Assembly (NCBI GenBank): GCA_963668175.1
Contig: OY764159.1
Coordinates: 4,025,516-4,089,515, forward strand
Source: Syntrophales bacterium
GTDB taxonomy: Bacteria > Desulfobacterota > Syntrophia > Syntrophales > PHBD01
DNA: 64,000 nucleotides
Direction: 5' to 3'
A program made the translations under genes and the position numbers. The notes under the pieces were generated by a model, which saw only the letters and a list, made by a program, of their open reading frames with translations, was not told the DNA's origin and made no database searches. Shown in pieces: positions 1 through 9,761 of this stretch. Within the stretch, counting starts at the first letter, position 1, and the number at the start of each line of letters is the position of its first letter.

Positions 1-462
1 GTTGTTTCAATCCATCCGTTATGCCGTTCGCGCATCGCGCTGCATGACGACGACGCAGAAGCACTATCCATGCCAATCGCGACCGGCGGTCACACGAACA
101 GATTTAACTTGTCGAATATAAAAGGTTATAAATCGATTTATTCACCGGCCGTGCGGCTGGACAGGAAGGGATACGGGCCCGGTTTTTCTGCATACGCTTT
201 TTCACAGTGCGAACGGGGCTACACAACCGGGAGCGCCCAGTAGCGGCTTCGAAAACTACGGCCGGCCTTTGCGATTCCGTTGAGACAACCTTGATCATTG
301 ACCGCCTTGGTGATATAAGGGCTATGCAGTAAATATTCTCTTTCCTTTTCCTTAACTGGCATCCTTTGCAGTCAAATTGCATTCTTTACGCCGGACGCGC
401 CATCAAGCCTTCCGGACGTGGTTCAGTCATCATTTTCATAATCTATTATGAGGATTCGATCG

Positions 463-2130
463 ATGCTTCATGAACCTACTCACCTGGAAATGAAACAGGA
501 AATTGAAGATTTCAAAGAAGCCCTGGCGGCGCAGAAACAGATTGAAGAAGCCCTCAGGGAAAGCAAGCAGATCTACAAAATGATCTCCGAAAAATCGTTT
601 GCCGGCATCTATGTCGTGCAGGACGGTAAATTCCGTGCCGTCAACCCCAGTGCCGCCTTCTATGCCGGATACACGATAGGGGAGTTAACCGGAATGAAAT
701 CGGACTGCATCGTCCATCCCGACGACCGTCTCCAAGTTAAGCGCGATGCCCGCGCCATGCTGCGGGGCGAACGGGTATCGCCCTATGAATTCCGGATCAT
801 CACGAAAGACGGTCAAATACGCTGGATCATGGAAACGGTGACGTCCATATTCTTCGAAGGGCGGCCGGCCATCCTCGGCAATTCGATGAACATCACCGAT
901 CGCAAGCAGATCGAAGAACGATTGAAGGAGTCCGAAAACCTTTACCGGGCCATCTTCGAGACGACACCCGCGGCGACCATCATCGTCGAAGAAGATACGA
1001 CCATCTCCCTCGTCAATTCGCAATTCGAAAAGCTTTCCGGCTACCGCAAAGAGGAGTGGGAAGGTAAGAAGTCGTGGACCGAGTTCGCAGCACCCAAAGA
1101 TGTCGAACGCATGATGCATTATCATCACCGGCGGCGCACGAGCCCCGGCCTGGTACCCCGGAATTACGAATTCAGCCTCATCGACAGTCTCGGCCGCACG
1201 CGGGAAGTGACACTCATCGTCGATATGATTCCGGGGACGAAGAAGAGCGTCGCCTCGCTGCTCGATATCACGGAACGCAAGAGGTCCGAGGAAAAGATGC
1301 TGGAGAGCGAGAACCTGTACCGGACCATTTTCGAAACCACGGGCACGGCAACCATCATCGTGGAAGAAGACATGACGGTATCCCTCGTCAATACGGAGTT
1401 CGAGAAGATGTCCGGGTCACCCAAATCCTGCTGGGAGGGAAAGAGAAGCTGGACGGAGTTCGCATCGAAAAAGGACGTTACCAGAATGAAGAAGTACCAC
1501 TTCGCCCGGAGGGTGGACCCCAATCTGGCGCCCCGAAACTATGAATTCGGCTTCATCGACCGGCAGAAAAACCTCAAGGACACCATCATCACCATTTCAA
1601 TGATCCCCGGAACCAAGAAGAGCGTGGCTTCCTTTGTCGATATCACCGAACGGAAACGGGCCGAAAAGGAATTGAAAAAAAGGGAGGCGGAACTGCAGAT
1701 CAATTCCGCCAACCTGCAGGAGGTCAATACGGCCCTCCGGATTCTTCTGAAGCAAAGGGAAGAGGACAAGAACGAATTGGAAAGCAAGGTCCTGTCGAAC
1801 GTCAAGGAGCTGGTTCTGCCCTATATCGATAAGATCAAGAAGCTTCGCATGGACAAGAGGGGACTGGCCTATATCGAAAGCCTCGAATCGAACCTGAAGG
1901 ACATCATCTCGCCGTTTTCCTACAAGCTGTCCTCCCAATATCTCAATCTGACGCCGAAGGAACTGCAAGTGGCCAACCTGATCCGGGAGGGAAAAACGAG
2001 CAAGGAGATTGCCGAAATGACCAATGTCTCCCGCAGCGCCATCGATATCCACCGTTACCGCATCCGGAACAAGCTGGGACTGAACAACAAGAAAGCGAAT
2101 CTCCGTTCATACCTGTCATCTTTCACATAA
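463..2130 (+). CDS. PAS-domain LuxR/FixJ-type HTH transcriptional regulator
   Basis: ORF 448..2130. I prefer the ATG at 463 because GAGGA lies 8 nt upstream; 448 is the alternative. It has three PAS-like modules, a coiled-coil linker and a C-terminal LuxR HTH (LTPKELQVANLIREGKTSKEIAEMTNVSRSAIDIHRYRIRNKLGL). Confidence 0.85.
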   Translation: MLHEPTHLEMKQEIEDFKEALAAQKQIEEALRESKQIYKMISEKSFAGIYVVQDGKFRAVNPSAAFYAGYTIGELTGMKSDCIVHPDDRLQVKRDARAMLRGERVSPYEFRIITKDGQIRWIMETVTSIFFEGRPAILGNSMNITDRKQIEERLKESENLYRAIFETTPAATIIVEEDTTISLVNSQFEKLSGYRKEEWEGKKSWTEFAAPKDVERMMHYHHRRRTSPGLVPRNYEFSLIDSLGRTREVTLIVDMIPGTKKSVASLLDITERKRSEEKMLESENLYRTIFETTGTATIIVEEDMTVSLVNTEFEKMSGSPKSCWEGKRSWTEFASKKDVTRMKKYHFARRVDPNLAPRNYEFGFIDRQKNLKDTIITISMIPGTKKSVASFVDITERKRAEKELKKREAELQINSANLQEVNTALRILLKQREEDKNELESKVLSNVKELVLPYIDKIKKLRMDKRGLAYIESLESNLKDIISPFSYKLSSQYLNLTPKELQVANLIREGKTSKEIAEMTNVSRSAIDIHRYRIRNKLGLNNKKANLRSYLSSFT

Positions 2131-2681
2131 TATTACATTTTATGTATAATATTTATCGAGTTATTTTAATATTGCATTTTATTCCCTCTTTTCCTAAATC
2201 TTACATACTTCTCAATCAACACTTTCTACGCCGGCTGCGACTGAACAAGATACAGTCTGTCGGGAATTCAGTCGTATTCATATTCACATAGATGATTCAC
2301 CCATTCATACGGTTCGCTTCGTAGTGCCTGATTGCGTGCGAAGGTGAAAGTACCTCAAGCAGTCTTAAGAACAATATATTCTCCACTTAACGGACATGTG
2401 CACGGTCATGGGGGATGCCTGAGGATGATCGGCGAAGTCGGCAAAGCGCCGACCGTCGTACCTTTATCCCGCTGAGCGGCTATCAAATTCATGGTTGGCA
2501 GGGCGTTATTCGCCGCGCTGTATCTTCTTCTGTCTCTTGGAAGAATTACGGAAGAAGGATTGTAGCGTGCGGAAGCAAGATGGTGTATATGAAGCCGATG
2601 TTCCAACCATGCAGTTAAAAACCGATCATCAGTGGCACGAACGGCCCAGGCCGTAAAAAAATACAATGAAGGAGATTTATC

Positions 2682-3536
2682 ATGGAAATCAAGAAGGTCT
2701 GCGTATTGGGAGCAGGATTGATGGGAAACGGCATAGCGCAGGTGTGCGCCCAGGCGGGCTATACGGTGACGCTTCGTGACATCGAGCAGAGGTTCATCGA
2801 CGGCGGCATGAAGACGATCACGAAGAACCTGAGCAAGGACGTGGAGAAGGGAAAACGGAGCCAGGAGGAGATGGACGCGATCCTCGGCCGGATCAAGCCG
2901 ACGCTGGATATGAAGGAAGCGGCGACGGGGGCGGACATCGTCGTGGAAGTCGTGATCGAAGTGATGGACGTAAAGAAGCAGGTTTACACGGAACTGGAAA
3001 AGATCGTTCCGGACCACTGTCTCTACTTCACGAACACGTCGGGACTGAGCATTACGGAGATGGCGGCGATCACGAAACGGCCGGACCGTTTCATCGGGAC
3101 GCACTTCTTCAACCCGGTGCCGGTGATGCGCCTGCTTGAGATCATCCGGGGTTACGAGACGTCGGAGGAGACGCTGGAGACGGCGAAAGCCTGGGGGAAG
3201 AAGATCGGCAAGGAAGTGATCGTGGTGAAAGAGGCGCCGGCGTTTGCGGTGAACCGGATCCTGTGCGTGATGCTGAACGAGGCGTTCTTTGCGCTGGACG
3301 AGGGGATAGCGACGGCGGAGGATATCGACAAGGGGATGGTGCTGGGCTGCAATCATCCGATCGGCCCGCTGGCCCTGTCGGACCTGGTGGGCAACGAGAC
3401 GCTCCTGCGGGTGGTGGAAGGTCTGCACCGCGAGCTGGGGGACAAGTACCGTCCGGCTCCGCTGTTGAGGAAACTGGTGAGGGCGGGCCGCTACGGCAGA
3501 AAGACGGGCAAAGGGGTTTACGAATATACGAAGTGA
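2682..3536 (+). CDS. hbd: 3-hydroxybutyryl-CoA (3-hydroxyacyl-CoA) dehydrogenase
   Basis: 284 aa with an N-terminal Rossmann motif ([16 protein letters not shown]). Length and sequence are Hbd-like throughout. AAGGAG lies 7 nt upstream of the ATG. Confidence 0.9.
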   Translation: MEIKKVCVLGAGLMGNGIAQVCAQAGYTVTLRDIEQRFIDGGMKTITKNLSKDVEKGKRSQEEMDAILGRIKPTLDMKEAATGADIVVEVVIEVMDVKKQVYTELEKIVPDHCLYFTNTSGLSITEMAAITKRPDRFIGTHFFNPVPVMRLLEIIRGYETSEETLETAKAWGKKIGKEVIVVKEAPAFAVNRILCVMLNEAFFALDEGIATAEDIDKGMVLGCNHPIGPLALSDLVGNETLLRVVEGLHRELGDKYRPAPLLRKLVRAGRYGRKTGKGVYEYTK

Positions 3537-3699
3537 TTGTTGCGGCCGCACTGGAAAAGAAACCGGGGGGAGTCCCATGCGGCAGACGGATAAGGCAGAC
3601 AAGGAAAGGAGGTGAAGACGTAGTAAGCGGGCAGCAGATTCCTATACGTGAGATCTTATCGACCAGCATTTCGTGAAGTCATCAAAAGGAGGGAACGTT

Positions 3700-5025
3700 A
3701 TGCCAGTCTTTAGCCATTACGTTAAGAACAAATTCAAGAAACCGGCACCCCTGAAGGGCGTCCGGGTTCTTGAAGTATGCACGCTCCTGTTCGGACCGTC
3801 CGGTCCGTCATTTCTGGCCGAGATGGGGGCCGAAGTGATCAAGATCGAATTGCCGCCCATGGGCGACGTAACCCGCTCCCTGAACCCGTTCGGATGGTTC
3901 TACAAGGAGCAGTCGCCGATGTTCATGCATATCAATCCGAACAAGTATTATATGGCCCTGGATCTCCATATCGACATCGGACAGCAGATATTCAAGGAAC
4001 TGGCGGCCAAATCCGACATTATCGAATTCAACTTAAGACCAGGCGTCACCCGCCGCTGGAACATCGGCTACGAACAGATCAGGGAGGTGAATCCGGGCAT
4101 CATCTACATCGAAAAGAACGGTTTCGGTCAGTGGGGTCTCTACGCCGAGCAGGACCGGCCCTCAAATGACGGAGCAGCCCAGGCCCTGGCCGGATATGCG
4201 TGGATGTCGAGTTTTCCGGGCCGCCCACCGCTGAAGCAGGCCATCTGGATCTGCGATTACTACGGCGGCCTCATGGGCGAAGTAGCCGTCCTAGCCGCTT
4301 TGCACCACCGCAAAAAGACCGGCAAAGGTCAGTTCATCGAAATGTCGCAGATAGAAAACATCATGAGAACGATGGGCTGGGTATGGCCTTATCAGCAATT
4401 CACCGGCAAAGGCGTCGATCCGGTGGGGAACCGCGACATGTGCATCTGCCCGGCCGATACGTTCCTCTGCAAAGACAATCTGCTTGTTGCCCTTGCCGCC
4501 CCGGCGCCCGACGAATTCAAGGGGCTGTGCATCGCCATGGGGAAGCCCGAACTGGCTGAAGACCCCCGTTTCAAGGAACATACCGTCCGCCTGAAGGACG
4601 AAAACGCCTTGGCCATCCTTTCAATCATCGCCGACTGGGCCAGGACGAAGACCGCGGAAGAAATCGAAAATCTCGGTAAAGTAAACTGTTTTTCCGCCAC
4701 AAGGCTCCACAACGCCAAGGACATGAACACCGATCCACACCGCCGTGAGCGCGATTTCGTCAAAGAGATCGACGATCCCATGTACGGCTGTTATATGGAG
4801 CATGAATTTCCGGTCATGATGTCGAAAACGCCGCCGAAGATCAAATGGACGGTCCGGCCGGTGGGTTTCGACAACGACTACGTCATGGTGAAAATCCTCG
4901 GAAGAAACCAGGCCCAGATCGACGAATTATACATGCACGGCGTTCTGGGGAGATGGAAAGACCAACAGGGACGGCGGCCGCCGTCGGACTGGGACCAGCA
5001 ATCCGGTCTTATCATAAGGAGGTGA
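3700..5025 (+). CDS. CoA-transferase family III (CaiB/BaiF type), paralogue 1
   Basis: The N-terminus is typical of the family (LKGVRVLEVCTLLFGPSGPSFLAEMGAEVIKIELPPMGD). The start is moved from the GTG at 3673 to the ATG at 3700, which follows AAGGAGGG by 6 nt. Confidence 0.85.
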   Translation: MPVFSHYVKNKFKKPAPLKGVRVLEVCTLLFGPSGPSFLAEMGAEVIKIELPPMGDVTRSLNPFGWFYKEQSPMFMHINPNKYYMALDLHIDIGQQIFKELAAKSDIIEFNLRPGVTRRWNIGYEQIREVNPGIIYIEKNGFGQWGLYAEQDRPSNDGAAQALAGYAWMSSFPGRPPLKQAIWICDYYGGLMGEVAVLAALHHRKKTGKGQFIEMSQIENIMRTMGWVWPYQQFTGKGVDPVGNRDMCICPADTFLCKDNLLVALAAPAPDEFKGLCIAMGKPELAEDPRFKEHTVRLKDENALAILSIIADWARTKTAEEIENLGKVNCFSATRLHNAKDMNTDPHRRERDFVKEIDDPMYGCYMEHEFPVMMSKTPPKIKWTVRPVGFDNDYVMVKILGRNQAQIDELYMHGVLGRWKDQQGRRPPSDWDQQSGLIIRR

Positions 5026-5031
5026 TTCATT

Positions 5032-6381
5032 ATGGCAGACCATAAGAGACCCAAATGGGCGGACTGGGCGGACTATATCAGGGCGCAGGACGATCCGTTG
5101 AAGAACTTCGAGAAGCCCGAGGCGCTCGACGATCTCGTTGTCCTGGACTTGAGCTCGCGGAGCATGGCCGGATGCTATTGTTCATCGCTCCTTGCGGAAT
5201 TGGGTGCCTTGACGATCCGTATCGAACAGCCAGGGGGAGACCTTGTCAGGACGTATTCCCCCAACGGCTTCATGCACCGAGACACCGGTATGGCCTATCT
5301 CCAGGAAGGCCGCAACAAATACCATATCACCCTGAACCTGGAAACCGAAGAAGGCAGGGACATCCTCAAGGCGCTGGTCGCCAACGCCGACATCCTGATT
5401 GAAACCTACCCGGCGGGCAAGATGGATCAATGGGGCATCGGTTATGAAGCCTTAAGCGAAATCAACCCAAGACTCATTTTCACGTCGATAAGCGGCTACG
5501 GCCAATTCGGGCCGGAAAGCGGGCGCAACCAGTACGACTACGACAATGTCTCCCAGGCACGTTCAGGCGTTCAATATGCCACCGGCGAAGTCCTGCCGGA
5601 AGGGAAGACGCTGGCAGACATGCCCTATGCGACATCCACCAAGGCCGGACCATGGATCGCCTGGGCCACTTCCGGCACTTTCGGGGCCGTCGGCATCCTC
5701 GCTGCCGTCTATTACCGAGAACTGACCGGCGAAGGTCAGGCCATCGACATTGCCACACCGGAAGCCTACGAACGGCTCAACGATTACATGCTTCACTGGT
5801 ATGCCGACCAGGGCGTCGTCAACGAGCGCTTCGGCAACCTCGACACCTGCCTGTGGCTCTACGGATTCTATCCCACCAAAGACGGCGGCGTCTTCCTCGG
5901 GGGGCTGCGGCTGGAGATGTGGAAGGCCTTCGTGGACATCATCGGCAAATACGACGAATGGGGCGCCGACCAGTGGACATCGCTGGCGCCTTTCATGAAG
6001 AAAGACTGGCAGCTCAAATATCAATCCATGATCAACCCGGAAACGGAGAAATACACCAGTCACGAATTGACGGAAAAGTCCATCGAATACGCCAAAAGCG
6101 GGCGCCTGGCGCCGATCACGCCGGTAGTGGCCGAAATCGTCCCGCCCCAGAAAACCATGCAGGACGAGGTGTGGCGTGACCGCGGCATCTTCACCCCCGT
6201 CCAGGACCCGGTCTACGGTTCCGTGATATGCGCCCAGTCGCAGTGGAAATCGACAGAAACGCCCCCGCGGACCAAGTGGGTCTGCCGGCCGGTGGGATTC
6301 GACAACGGTTACATCTATCTGAAATACCTTGGCTTCGGCCCGGTGAAACAGAAGGAATTGGAAGAAAAGGGCATCATTTAA
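5032..6381 (+). CDS. CoA-transferase family III (CaiB/BaiF type), diverged paralogue 2
   Basis: 449 aa, beginning 6 nt after paralogue 1, with an AGGAGG RBS. It has the same fold signature (LDDLVVLDLSSRSMAGCYCSSLLAELGALTIRIEQPGGD) but lacks the GP loop motif. Confidence 0.8.
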   Translation: MADHKRPKWADWADYIRAQDDPLKNFEKPEALDDLVVLDLSSRSMAGCYCSSLLAELGALTIRIEQPGGDLVRTYSPNGFMHRDTGMAYLQEGRNKYHITLNLETEEGRDILKALVANADILIETYPAGKMDQWGIGYEALSEINPRLIFTSISGYGQFGPESGRNQYDYDNVSQARSGVQYATGEVLPEGKTLADMPYATSTKAGPWIAWATSGTFGAVGILAAVYYRELTGEGQAIDIATPEAYERLNDYMLHWYADQGVVNERFGNLDTCLWLYGFYPTKDGGVFLGGLRLEMWKAFVDIIGKYDEWGADQWTSLAPFMKKDWQLKYQSMINPETEKYTSHELTEKSIEYAKSGRLAPITPVVAEIVPPQKTMQDEVWRDRGIFTPVQDPVYGSVICAQSQWKSTETPPRTKWVCRPVGFDNGYIYLKYLGFGPVKQKELEEKGII

Positions 6382-6387
6382 GGAGGC

Positions 6388-6419
6388 CTTTCGCAGGGAA
6401 ACCGGTTTACCTGCGAAGG
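6388..6419 (+). other. GC-rich stem-loop just downstream of the CoA-transferase stop codon (no U-tract)
   Basis: CTTTCGCAGG (6388-6397) pairs with CCTGCGAAGG (6410-6419). The stem is 10 bp with one G-U pair and a 12-nt loop. Confidence 0.5.
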
Positions 6420-6464
6420 GCGGCACCATAGCACCAAGTGCGGCGAAAGCGAAGAAATAAGTCC

Positions 6465-6489
6465 CCGGCCCGGATGATGTCCGGGCCGG
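6465..6489 (+). other. Perfect 10-bp GC-rich stem-loop (no U-tract)
   Basis: CCGGCCCGGA tgatg TCCGGGCCGG. The arms are perfectly complementary. Confidence 0.55.
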
Positions 6490-6589
6490 TACGATGATCC
6501 ATAACAGCCTTGCGTGTATTATAGCGGTACGTGAGGTCGGCTTGGCGTATCGTCTGTAATAAGATTAACGAAAAGGAAAGGATGGAGAA

Positions 6590-7732
6590 ATGGATTTTGA
6601 ATTGACGGAAGAATTGAAGATGTTGAAGGAGATGGCGTACAAGTTTGCCGTGGCGGAAATGACGTCCATCTCGAAGGAATGCGACGAACACGAGAAATAC
6701 ACGCCCGAGGTCCGGAAGAAGGCGGCGGAAAACGGCCTCGTCGGGGCCTGGGTCCCGGAGGCATACGGAGGCGCCGGTGCCGGCATCCTGGGCAACTCGA
6801 TCATCACGGAAGAACTGTCGAAGGTCGACATGGGGATCGGGCTCAACATCGTGGCGGCGACCTTCGGTTGCGAATCGATCATCCAGTACGGAACGGAAGA
6901 GCAGAAGAAGACCTATCTGCCGCCCGTCTGCGCCGGGGACTGGGTCAGTGCGGGGGCGTTCACGGAGCCGAACGCCGGCACGGATGTCGCGGGTTACAAG
7001 ACCCGTGCGGTGAAGGACGGATCGGACTACGTGATCAACGGCAACAAGATGTTCATCACGAACGGGACGGTCTGCGACTTCATGGTGACGCAGTGCATCA
7101 CGAACCCGGAAGAGAAGAAGCACAACAGCTTCTCCCTGATCATCATCCCGGCCGACGCCAAAGGCGTGACTCGGAACAAGATTCACGGGAAGATGGGCAT
7201 CCGGTCGAGCGATACGGCGGAGATCGCCCTGGAGGACGTGCGAGTTCCCCAGACGAACCTGGTCGGGAAGGAAGGCCGCGGCTTCATCCAGTTGATGCAC
7301 TTCTTTGATACGACGCGCGTCATGGTGTCGGCGCAGGGCTTGGGCCTGTCGGAGGCCTGCCTGGAGACGAGCATCAAGTACGTGAAGGAGAGGACGGCAT
7401 TCGGGTTGCCGCTGGGCGGCTTCCAGATGACGCAGAAGAAGCTGACGGAGATGGCGATCATGATCGAGGCGCTTCGCGGTTTGATCTACAAGTCGGCATG
7501 GCTGATCGACGTCGGCCGTCCGGACTACCATCTGGCGGCGATGGCGAAGTTCTACAGCGGCCAGACGGCGGTGTTCTGCGCAAACGCCGGCGTGGAACTG
7601 CACGGGGGTTACGGCTACATCGACGAGTATTCGGTGCAGAAGTGGTACCGCGATGCGAAGATCCTGGAGCTGTACGAGGGCACGAAAGAAGCGGAAATCC
7701 TGACCATCGGCAGAACCCTCCAAACCAAATAG
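6590..7732 (+). CDS. acyl-CoA dehydrogenase (short/medium-chain type)
   Basis: 380 aa. It carries the ACAD C-terminal signature YEGTKEAEILTIGRTL, plus FTEPNAGTDVAG and GKMGIRSSDTAEI. An RBS-like GGATGGAG lies upstream. Confidence 0.9.
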   Translation: MDFELTEELKMLKEMAYKFAVAEMTSISKECDEHEKYTPEVRKKAAENGLVGAWVPEAYGGAGAGILGNSIITEELSKVDMGIGLNIVAATFGCESIIQYGTEEQKKTYLPPVCAGDWVSAGAFTEPNAGTDVAGYKTRAVKDGSDYVINGNKMFITNGTVCDFMVTQCITNPEEKKHNSFSLIIIPADAKGVTRNKIHGKMGIRSSDTAEIALEDVRVPQTNLVGKEGRGFIQLMHFFDTTRVMVSAQGLGLSEACLETSIKYVKERTAFGLPLGGFQMTQKKLTEMAIMIEALRGLIYKSAWLIDVGRPDYHLAAMAKFYSGQTAVFCANAGVELHGGYGYIDEYSVQKWYRDAKILELYEGTKEAEILTIGRTLQTK

Positions 7733-7955
7733 GATCGGAGACAAACCCGACAGGAACCAGGCTCCCGTCGGGAGGCGTTAAGACACAGAATATTTATTCA
7801 GCAAAACGTGTTTCATCGCAGCACCAGGAAGGGTGAATTCCTCTTCACCCGGCGCTCCCTGCCTCTTTCCTATGAAACCGCGGAAGAAGGAAGCAGAGAG
7901 TGGGGACAAATGTTCATTCACATCCCTATCTATCTTAATAAGGAGGTACGACAAC

Positions 7956-9602
7956 ATGGCAGCTTATTTCAGTCCCCTATCCAACGAGGATAAAGCCAAA
8001 TTCAATTTCATCAACAAAGAGAACCTCGAATTCCTGATGAACCGTTACAACAAGGTGAACCGCTGGGTGATTGCCGATATGATCCGGCGAAGCGCCTATC
8101 ACTATCCCGACAAGAAGGCCCTGATCTTTGGTGACCAGGTTCTGACTTATAGAGAGCTCGAAGCGGCGTGCAACCGGACGGCCAACGCCCTCCTCGGCCT
8201 GGGCGTGAAGAAATACGACCGCGTGGCCATCCTCGCCCATAATACGGTCGATCATGTGCTGACCTGGATGGGATGCGCCAAGATCGGCGCCATCTACCTG
8301 GCCGTCAACTACCTCCTCCGGGGCAAAGACATATCCTACTGCATCAATCACTCGGAAAGTAAGGTGTTCATCATCGAGGACGCTCTCTATGACCTCATGA
8401 AAGATGTCATAGACGACATGCCCACCGTAAAGACTTTCATCTGGTCGCGGCAGGGTGCCAGCAAGCCCCCCGTCAGCGATCGGTTTCTCGATTTCGAACC
8501 ATGGTACAAAAAGGGATCGGACAGCGAACCGGATGCCGAACTGCATATCGAAGAACCCTGCCAGATGACCTACACCAGCGGAACGGAATCGCTGCCGAAG
8601 GGCGTCATCATCAGCAATCAGGCCCTCATGGCCGAATATATGGGCTGTATCATCGACGGGCAGTACGACGAGGACGACATCAATATCAACGCCCTACCCA
8701 TCTACCATTGCGCCCAGCGCGACGTTTTCATGAACCCCATCTTCTGGGTGGGGGGAACGAACGTCCTCATGGCACCCGATATCGGCATGATCCTGAAGAA
8801 CATCCAGGACTACAAGGCAACGATGTTCTTTGCGCCGCCGACGGTCTGGATCGGCATGCTCCGTCATCCCGATTTCACCAAGTACGACCTCTCCAGCCTG
8901 AAAAAATGCTATTACGGGGCATCCATCATGCCCGTCGAAATCCTGAAGGAGATCATGGAAAAGGTGCCAGGGGCCAGGATTTACAACTACTACGGACAGA
9001 CGGAACTGGCACCGTACCATACCATTCTCAAAGCGAAAGACGCCCTCAAGAAACTCGGCTCGGCAGGTCTGGGCGGCCTCAATATGGAAACCCGCCTGGA
9101 AGACGACGACGGCAAACCGATCGGTCAGCCCGAAATCCCCGGCGAGATCTGCGGCAAAGGCCCTCACGCCCTCATCATGTATTTCAAAGAGCCGGACAAG
9201 ACCGATGCCGCCATGAAGGGAGGGTGGTTCCACTCGGGCGATATCGGTGTGATGGACGAGGACCGCTACATCACCGTCGCCGATCGCAAAAAGGACATGA
9301 TCAAGACCGGCGGCGAGAACGTGCCGACCCGCGAGGTGGAGGAGGCCATTTATCTCGATAAACGCGTCCAGGAAGTGGCGGTCATCGGCCTGCCCGATCC
9401 GAAATGGGTGGAAAAAGTGGCGGCGATCATCGTTGCCAAGCCGAACACAACAATTACCGAAGAGGAGATCATTACCCATTGCCGCAAGGAGTTGGCGGGA
9501 TTCAAAGTTCCCAAGAAGGTGATCTTTGTCGATCAACTCCCCAAAACCCCGACGGGCAAAATTTTGAAGCGGGAGATGCGGGTCATGTACAAGGATAAAT
9601 AA
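7956..9602 (+). CDS. AMP-forming acyl-CoA synthetase/ligase
   Basis: AMP-binding motifs are present: TYTSGTESLPKGV, YGQTE and GDIGVMDEDRYITVADRKKDMIKTGGENV. The start is moved from 7833 to the in-frame ATG at 7956, which follows AGGAGG (7941-7946). Confidence 0.85.
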   Translation: MAAYFSPLSNEDKAKFNFINKENLEFLMNRYNKVNRWVIADMIRRSAYHYPDKKALIFGDQVLTYRELEAACNRTANALLGLGVKKYDRVAILAHNTVDHVLTWMGCAKIGAIYLAVNYLLRGKDISYCINHSESKVFIIEDALYDLMKDVIDDMPTVKTFIWSRQGASKPPVSDRFLDFEPWYKKGSDSEPDAELHIEEPCQMTYTSGTESLPKGVIISNQALMAEYMGCIIDGQYDEDDININALPIYHCAQRDVFMNPIFWVGGTNVLMAPDIGMILKNIQDYKATMFFAPPTVWIGMLRHPDFTKYDLSSLKKCYYGASIMPVEILKEIMEKVPGARIYNYYGQTELAPYHTILKAKDALKKLGSAGLGGLNMETRLEDDDGKPIGQPEIPGEICGKGPHALIMYFKEPDKTDAAMKGGWFHSGDIGVMDEDRYITVADRKKDMIKTGGENVPTREVEEAIYLDKRVQEVAVIGLPDPKWVEKVAAIIVAKPNTTITEEEIITHCRKELAGFKVPKKVIFVDQLPKTPTGKILKREMRVMYKDK

Positions 9603-9761
9603 CAAGCATCTTCACGGTTAAACGGAAAAACAGAGGCACCGGGCGGACGGCTGCGGCGAAAGGGCCGCGGCTCTTCGCCCGGACATTTCGATCATAGATT
9701 GAACCGCACCTGCCAGATGCGCAGCATACAAACGATTATACGGCAATGCAGGAGGTAAAAA

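Noticed and set aside
355-372. A sigma-54-like sequence, TGGCATCCTTTGCA, upstream of the PAS-LuxR regulator.
   Set aside because: The GG-to-GC spacing is 2 nt shorter than the strict -24/-12 spacing (GG-N8-GC instead of GG-N10-GC).
1-447. A possible partial gene or ncRNA at the left edge, including the 92-aa minus-strand ORF 104..382.
   Set aside because: No frame gives a convincing protein. The ORF product is Cys/Arg/Lys-rich with no motif or RBS. I saw no signature of tRNA, tmRNA, SRP RNA or RNase P RNA. The region is left unannotated.
2406-3602. A 398-aa minus-strand ORF opposite hbd. Similar antisense ORFs occur at 6407..7744, 36877..38076, 56651..57979, 33448..34299, 61265..62383 and 44835..45671.
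   Set aside because: All are antisense to genes with clear family signatures. All have Arg/His/Pro-rich, low-information translations and lack RBSs.
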